Made by a program: the position numbers and the translations under genes
NCBI RefSeq assembly: GCF_009914755.1
Contig: NC_060934.1
Reading direction: 5' to 3' (one strand)
DNA length: 64,000 nucleotides
From: the human T2T-CHM13v2.0 reference genome, Homo sapiens
Shown: positions 55,936-64,000 of the stretch, piece after piece
How the letters are laid out: every line of letters begins with the position of its first letter
How positions within the stretch are numbered: position 1 is the first letter of the stretch
Notes under the pieces: generated by a model
Told to the model about the DNA's origin: nothing
The model's input: the letters and a program-made list of their open reading frames with translations, nothing else
The model's database searches: none

Positions 55936-56382
55936 CTGCAAAAACGATGCGGCGGGGAGACAGAAAATGGGAAAAAGAGAAAGGGGGTGGGGACGGGGTG
56001 GGGGTGGAGGAAGGAGTTTGGGAAGAAGAAATTACCAGTTTAGAAATTCAGCCAAAGATGAGTAGTAGGAGTTAGTTTATATCCCAGCTATGAAAATACG
56101 GGCTGACCTCAAGGTAGGAACAGTTGTTTTAGGAAAAGTAAGAAGAATGATAGCCTCAGGCCAGGACACAGCATCCCCTGGCCCTTCAGGTGATGGTAGA
56201 AGTGATGGGGCTTCTCCAAGCCTCTGTCATGGTCTTCCCTGGAGACCCAATATGGGTCAAAGGAGACTCTATCCAGCCAGGAGAAGGAAGGGGCTGGGGA
56301 CCTTGATCTGGGGCCTACCCAGAGCTCCCCAGTGGAAAGCAACATCCTTTTGCTACTGGCCTATGGCTGGGGCCCCACTCAC

Positions 56383-56526
56383 CCACGCAGGCTGTGCCAT
56401 CCTCGTTGGGCTCGTAGCCCCGACTGCACTTCTTGTTGGTCCGGCACCTGTAGCTTCCATAGGTGTTGACACATACGGGCTTGTCTCGAGGGCACACGAA
56501 TGGGAACTGGATGCATTCATTGGTGT
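56383..56526 (-). CDS. CRTAC1: CRTAC1 calcium-binding EGF-like exon (DTNECIQFPFVCPRDKPVCVNTYGSYRCRTNKKCSRGYEPNEDGTACV)
   Basis: Acceptor ccttgcag|, donor GTGG|gtgagt, 144 nt, symmetric phase 1. cbEGF signature DxNEC...CxNTxGSYxC with six Cys. Confidence 0.97.
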
Positions 56527-58919
56527 CTGCAAGGCGAGGGGAACCACTCACCATGAAGGTGTGGGGCAGCAAGTACCAGCCCAGGCTCTGCCTGCCTATA
56601 CACTGTCTGGCTTTGGGAATGTGCCTTCCTCGCAGAGCCTCAGTTTCCCTGCTTCAGTTCCCTTGGCTGGCTCCTCCTGTACTTGGTCTCTACATGCTGG
56701 GGGCAGGGGGTGGGCACTCAGGCTTGGTCCTGGGTCCTCTCTTCTGTCTACTACAATCGTTCTAGGTGATCTCTTCATGCATGGATGATTCCGAAAGTTC
56801 TATCTCCAGTCACAACCTCTCCCCGTGGCTCCAGACTCACGAATACAATAACCCATGACCTACTTGACAGCTCCACTTGGATGTCTAAGATGCACCTCAT
56901 GCTTAATATGTCCAAAATAGAACTCCAGATTCTGCCCTGCCCTGCCCATATTCTGGCCCTCTGTTCTGTCTTCTCTAGCTCAATCAACACCCCCATCATC
57001 AATCAGCTGCTCAAGGGGAAATCAGAGCGACCCCTGATTTCTCCGTCTTTCTTGCCCCCTGTGCAATTTCACAGCAGAGCCTGTCCACTCTGCCCCGCAG
57101 TCCACCAGTCCACCTCTCTCTGTCACCTCTTTCTCATTCCTCTGCCACCACCCAATTTCCTGCCATCGTGACCTCTTGCCTGGATTTCTGCAGCTGCCTC
57201 CTCACAGAATACCTGGCTTCCCCTCTTCCCTCCAATCCACTCTGCAATTCAGCAGCTGGAGGGAGCCTTTAAAAATGTGAATCACATCATGTCACTCCCC
57301 AGTTTAGCTTCTAAGGCTCCTAAGAGCAAAATTCAGACTCCCTACAGGGGCCTCATGGACTCTCCATCATCTCCAGGCCATACTGGCATCCCTCCTGCTC
57401 CTTCAACACACAAAGCCTTTGTCCTGTCTCCCGCTTTTCACTCCTGCCCTTCCCTCAACTCTTTCTGGGCCTAGATCCTTCTCATCCTTCAGGTCTCAGC
57501 TCAGAGTCTTCCCCCCGAGGCCCTCCCTGACCACTCTCTCTGGAACAGTCTCCAGGGAGCACCTTGCTCAGAGGGTTCTGAAATCATCTTGTCCAGGTGT
57601 GTGGTCATGCGTTCAGGGTCTGTCTCCCTCCACTAGAATGGATGCCCCTCTTGTGGAGGCGCGGGGGTGGCACTTGGCCTACATCCCCAGCTCCCAGCAT
57701 GACACTTGCTGTGTACGAGGCACATAACTGCCTGTTGGGCGATGAAAAGGAAGAGGAGGCTGATCTCAAAGGGTCCTTCCTGCAGGCAGAGAAGACTCTG
57801 GAATTTCTATGCACCTGCACTATGTGTTTGGAGTGGGGCTGGGTGGGCATGTGGAGAGTGTAGGGGAGTCATTTCCTCCTCCAGCCACCCTTGGCACCAC
57901 TGCTCCTCCACCTCCCCACCTGTGCTCCTTTGTTCAGACAGTGCCCCCCACCAGAACCATGTCTCCCCTCTCTGTGACTGCCGAACTGCTCCTCATTCCT
58001 CAGGGCCCAGCTTGGACCTCACTTTCTCTAGGGCACCTTCTAGGACCCTCCCTAGGCTGGTTTAGGGCCCCTGCTTTGTCGTCTCCAAGCCCCTGCCCTC
58101 CCCCATCTGGGCCCTGATCACACTGTGTGGTCGACAGCTGTTTACTTTTGTGGCTCTCCATTGGTTTTCAGCTCCTGAGAGTGGTATCTGTCTTGTTTAC
58201 TCCTGTATCTCAGTAGCAAAGGGTTAATGAGCAGCTGCAGAGTAGACTTGGGAAGAATGCTGGATGAGGGTTCAAGGAAGGAGGGATCCTTGGCCTGACC
58301 CCTCCTTGCTGGTCACTGGGATGGAAAGTGTTGGGGGTGAAGGTCTCCTGGACACTGAACTTCTAGGCTGCCCCTTCCCATTCCAGGCTCTTGGGGACTT
58401 TCAGAAGGTTCTTGGACCGTCAAGGAGCTGCCATCCTGGTAGTGCTGCAGCTACCTGCCTGCCCCAGTACTGCACCAGGCTGCAGTCTCCGTTCCACACT
58501 GTGACCACACTCCATACACTATTTTGCCCCAATGCCCTTGGCAATGCACACCCTTGCCTGCCAGCCCCCTTGCTTGCTGCTCCACATGGACTTGCTGGCC
58601 ATGGCATGTGGCTATTCCCCCTGTGCCAGGTTGGTGGTGTGTCTCCTTCCCATCTGCAGTTTCTCGGTACTCATGGCAGGGAAACACTGCCAGTTTCCAG
58701 AACCGCAGTGATTCAGCCTGTGGGTCACTAATATCACTACCACCCTGGTGAGTCATGTGGTGGTTGTCTTGGCATCTGGAGTCCCAGGACAAACAACACC
58801 CTCCCCTGTCCTCCTTTCTGCCCCTTGCTTGCACCCTGGACCTTGGCATGAGTCAGGCGGGCATTCCCCAGGGAGATTCCGGCCTCTACCCCATGCCCTG
58901 GTGACTGAAGGCAACTCAC

Positions 58920-58962
58920 CCATGCAATGGCCATTTTCCTGCTGGGAGAATCCTTGGCCACA
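58920..58962 (-). CDS. CRTAC1: CRTAC1 43-nt exon (CGQGFSQQENGHCM)
   Basis: Acceptor cttacag|, donor ATGG|gtgagt, phase 0 to 1. Links the flanking exons in frame. Confidence 0.93.
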
Positions 58963-60339
58963 CTGTAAGGTGGGCAGAAGCAGAGACATGAGTGAGTTGA
59001 GAAGGTCCCATCCCAGGTTCCCTCCTAGTCACAGCCACAGAGTAGTTGTCACCCTAACCACAGTGTGAGGCATGCTCTGAGCTCTGGGCCTGGGGGGAGC
59101 CCCCTCCTTTGTAAGACCCTTCCTTTGCGCTGAGAACAGAAGGCTGGCGGGAAGGCCATGAATGGATACGGTTCAGACTCTTGCTCATTTCCCTGTGCAA
59201 AGGATCCACACGAGCTGGGACGTCTAACAGAACCTGTCCCTTCTGTAGCATCACCCTGTGACTGAGGCTGGGTCTGTCAGGGCAAAGTGTAATGAGGGCT
59301 GGGAGATGCTTTTTGAGGTGTCTGCTCACTGCCCACATTCACTTCTCCAAGAACCTCTCCCTCACACGGGTGGGTGCCTGCAGCCATGCTTGTGTCCCAC
59401 CTCTCTGGCCAGGGCTGATGGGTGGACATCCTAGCAGGAGGGAAGACTCAAGGCTTTGCAGCAAGAATTTGAACAAATTGACTCAGAGACTTAAGAGTTG
59501 GGAGCCGGCCCTGCCAGGCTGTGGAGGCTCTACCATGCCCATATGGGGGTCTCAGAGACAGCAGCCTGGGGTGGGGCAGGGGACTAAAAACGTAACACAC
59601 ATGACACAAAATGTCAATCAACCGTACTGATGAATGAGGTGGGTGGATGGGGATTGTTGGGGAAGAGGGGCCCCTCTCCTCCCAAAGCCAGTGCACTGAC
59701 AAAGGTCCTTGAGCTCCTAGGGCTGAGGCCATCAAGCTGCCAGTTTCTACTCATCCTGAGCTTCCCTGAGTTTTATGAGTGATCCTCCTTATAAGCCCCC
59801 TTCATTTGTGTCAGTTTCAGTGGGTTCCTGTTAATCGCCACCAAGTGAACCCCATCAGAGTTGGAACGACACTGCTGAGATGGGTCCAGAGCTGCTCCTC
59901 AAAGAGCCTCCAGAAAACCTGGTGCAGGCTCTGAGCCCCACCCTAGGGCAATAGGAGGTCTTGTCAGAGACTCAGAAAGAACCAGGAGGGCAGCAACAGA
60001 CCTGGGGTCATTTTAAAACTTTGCTCACAACTGGCTGTACAGCCTTGGTGGGCCTTGGTGGATTTCCTCTCTTAACCTCAGTTTTCTTCCTCTGTAAAAT
60101 GGGTGCAAAAATGCTTGCCCTGCCAATACACCAGGGATTCTTTGAGAAGCAGAAGAGATGTGGGTGTGATAGTGTTGTGCAAACTACAAATGGAGGGATC
60201 AGTATGAAGCCTTCGCTTTGCCAAGATTTCCATCACTCTAGAGGCTGAGTTTGCAGATTCCTGGGAACCCAGCTTCAGCCCATGGGGTTGTGGGTGGTGC
60301 CCGCTTTTCTGGCTATGAGGCCCAGATGCCTTTGCCCAC

Positions 60340-60485
60340 CTCCAGTGGGGCTGGGTCCTGAAGTGTGTCCTCATCCCGGGGGTAGAGGATCTCCAGCACT
60401 GAGTTCATCTCCCCGCTGGCCACGTTCCGGCTCACCATCTTGCCATCTGGCCACGTCACCTCCACACTGCTGGCTTCATCCTTCC
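60340..60485 (-). CDS. CRTAC1: CRTAC1 internal exon ((G)KDEASSVEVTWPDGKMVSRNVASGEMNSVLEILYPRDEDTLQDPAPLE), end of ASPIC/UnbV domain
   Basis: Minus-strand acceptor ttctgcccctcag|, donor GAG|gtgggc, 146 nt, phase 1 to 0. The VEVTWPDG motif is typical of ASPIC-UnbV. Confidence 0.95.
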
Positions 60486-60653
60486 CTGAGGGGCAGAAGG
60501 AGAGAGCATCAGCAGCAGAGGAGAGCAGGAGGCTCTCAGCGGAAGCATCAGCATCAACTAATTCATCCATTGAATAAAAGCATGAATTGAGCACTGTTCT
60601 AAGTGCTAGGGAAATGGTGAACAAGACAGATTTGAGGTCCCTCCTCTCTGGAG

Positions 60654-60865
60654 CAATGCTGTCCAATAGACCTGTCTGTCTGCAAGGACAGAAATGTCCT
60701 GCATCTGTGCTGTCCAGTACAGTAGCCACTGGTAACATGTGGCTGTTGAGCACTTGAAGTGGGACTCACGTGATTGAAGAGGTGAATTTTCAATTTTATT
60801 TAACTCTAATTAATTTAAATTTAATGGCCACACATGGCTGGTGGCTGCCATGTTGGATAGTGCAG
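60654..60865. mobile_element. MER3 hAT element
   Basis: Ends caatgctgtccaata ... tgttggatagtgcag, internal gtagccactggtaacatgtggctgttgagcacttgaa. Confidence 0.75.
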
Positions 60866-62737
60866 CTCTTGAACTCACGTTCTAGCAGACAGGCCAAGCA
60901 TCAGGAGGCTGTACTGGAGGATACAGTAAGGCCTGTGATAAGCAGGTTGTCTTTGGAGTCTGGCATTCAAATCATGGCTCTTCCCCTTACCTGGTATGTT
61001 GGAAAGAGCATGGTGGGAAGTGGGTGGGAGACCTGGGGACAAATCCCAGCTGTGCAGCTAACTGGCTTTGTTATCCCAGGAATGCTTCTTGTGTTTCTAT
61101 TTATTGAGCTCTGCTAAGGGCCAGGCTCTCTCTTGTCACTGGGGATGCCCCTGTTCTCATGGAGTTCCCAGTCCAATTGGGGAGACAAGCAAACAGATGA
61201 ACAAATAAATAATGCCAGATATTGACAAAAGTAGGGCAAGTAGGTAAGGAGGAGCTGGGGGTTGCCAGGGCCTTGTCTAGTCAGGTGGTCAGGGACAGCC
61301 TCTTAGGGAGGCGGCATTTGCACTGAGCTCTACATAATAACTTGGAAAAAGAGCTGGGCATGGTGGCTCATGCCTGGAATCCCAGCTACTCAGGAGGATG
61401 AGGCAGAAGTATTGGCTGAGCCCAGGACTTCAAGGCCAGCCTGGGCAACATAGTGAGACCCTGTTTCTGAAAAAAATAAAAACAAACAAAAAACAACTTA
61501 GAAAAGATGGAGTGATAAAGAGATGGCAGGTGGAGGACAGGGGAGAAAGACCATTCTACAAATCTAAGATGCTTACAGAAGATGATGGGAACCTCAGAGA
61601 TATTCACAGTGAATCCATTTGCACACAACCCTAAAGCAACGTGCCACATCATTGGTGGAAAGCAGGCTGAAAAGATTTGTCAGATGTTTAGGCACTGTCA
61701 AAGCAGGCCCCAGCTCCCCGCGTAAGGAAACAGGCCCGTCACTGTGGCAAGGTCAGGCTAATGGTGATGGATTGGGGTGGGGAGGAGGCGGGGGCTGGGC
61801 CTCACCTTCCAGGAGAGGCTGCTCTCAGGTCAGCCCCTGGGAAGGAGAGCTGTGCCCAGCACAGACAGGGGGAGAACACAGCCCACTCTATCACCCATCA
61901 GGGCTGAGCAGATGTGGGGACACGGGGTCCTGCAGGGGGACCTGAAGTCAATACACTCCCCCAAACACCATTCCCAGGCTAAATAATATATCACCCACAT
62001 ATATGCACCATTATTTTTCCTAATATATGTAGATACTGTTAGAAAACAAATTAAACTTAAAATTGCTGTTGAATGTATATTCGCATTTGGTCATTACTAT
62101 CCACCAATGAATTTTACAATGATAGCTACTATGGGGTGGACGGTAGTTGGCAAAATGTCTTGATGTATAAAAGGGGTTCCCATATTTTAGAAAAGGAGGT
62201 TTGGAGGCCACATGCAGACTTGGAGGAGAATCTCTGTGTAGACTTCCTGTAGAGACCACTGTGGGGCATGGAGGAAGGGAGCCGGGTGCTGGGGGGAGGA
62301 CCCATGATGAGGGAGGTTCCAGAGGGAGTTACGCCTTGTGAGCCACATCCCCCAGCTTCTAGATCCTTCCCATGTTTGGTCTCCTTTTGCTCTCTCACCC
62401 TGGCCTCCAGGGGAGTATCACTGGAACATCCCAGCCTTGCTGCTGCCATGCTGTGAGCCTATGAGGGCCAGGACCAGAGCTACACTCTGAAGAGTCCATG
62501 GAGAGGCAGCCGCTGCCCTCATGGGCACAGCAGGCAGCAGCAACGGAGAGGCTCGGAGACAGAGGCTCATCCTCACACACTGAGTTCCCCTCCCACACAG
62601 CTCAGTTTCTCTTCCCACAGGGAAATCCTCTCTTTCCAGGCCCAACCTTACCGTTCTGGGTTTTGCTTTATCAAGCAAGAAATTATTTCTCATCACTCCC
62701 TCAATCTACAAGAATTCCTTCTGCAGAAGCGGGGTGA

Positions 62738-63677
<940 letters not shown>

Positions 63678-64000
63678 GGACTTAGTTTTGAGTACTGCTT
63701 CCGCAGCTTCCTCCAGACCCAGACGTGGTGCAGGGGGCCTGGGGCTATGAGATAAGCAGGCCTCAGAAAGCACAACCAGCAGGACTCCCTCCTCTGCCAC
63801 TGTGTTTTGCTAACTTGGGCATCCTCTCTGGGCCTCAGCTACTTCATCTGTAAGATGGGGGTGCTGGCCAACAGCCTTACCACTCCTAGGAAGCACAGCC
63901 TTTCTACCCTGGAGCAGGAGTCCTGGCCTGCTGTTAACCATTCACCTCAGCATCCCTGGCACCATCGGCTCTTGGTCATGGGGTCTCCCTACAGTTTCCA

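Noticed and set aside
56090-56788. 232-aa + strand ORF
   Set aside because: Antisense shadow of the CRTAC1 EGF exon and flanking introns, with no family resemblance.

Overview
Human (primate) genomic DNA, recognisable as the GOLGA7B / CRTAC1 tail-to-tail locus. The + strand carries the complete 5-exon GOLGA7B CDS (26441-41837, 167 aa). It starts in a CpG island with three RE1/REST-like sites, and its last intron is a minor-spliceosome (U12) intron. The - strand carries the 3' end of CRTAC1: three internal coding exons and two established alternative last exons (B at 55817-55935, A at 41685-41851). There is also a candidate third, LTR-derived last exon (31017-31078) and the intronic MIR3085 hairpin. 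The CRTAC1-A coding exon fully contains the GOLGA7B last coding exon on the opposite strand, together with its U12 branch point and acceptor. The left 25 kb is repeat-rich (Alu, MIR, L2, L1, MaLR LTRs, a full-length SVA with a 3' transduction) and carries splice and polyA signals consistent with a divergent lncRNA. The most interesting hypothesis is a coupled neuronal switch: REST sites -> GOLGA7B -> reciprocal antisense masking of splice signals, plus a distant-branch-point, PTB-type acceptor -> CRTAC1 A/B choice -> miR-3085 output. Gene, isoform and repeat names come from my recognition of the sequence, not from a search. Repeat boundaries are approximate.
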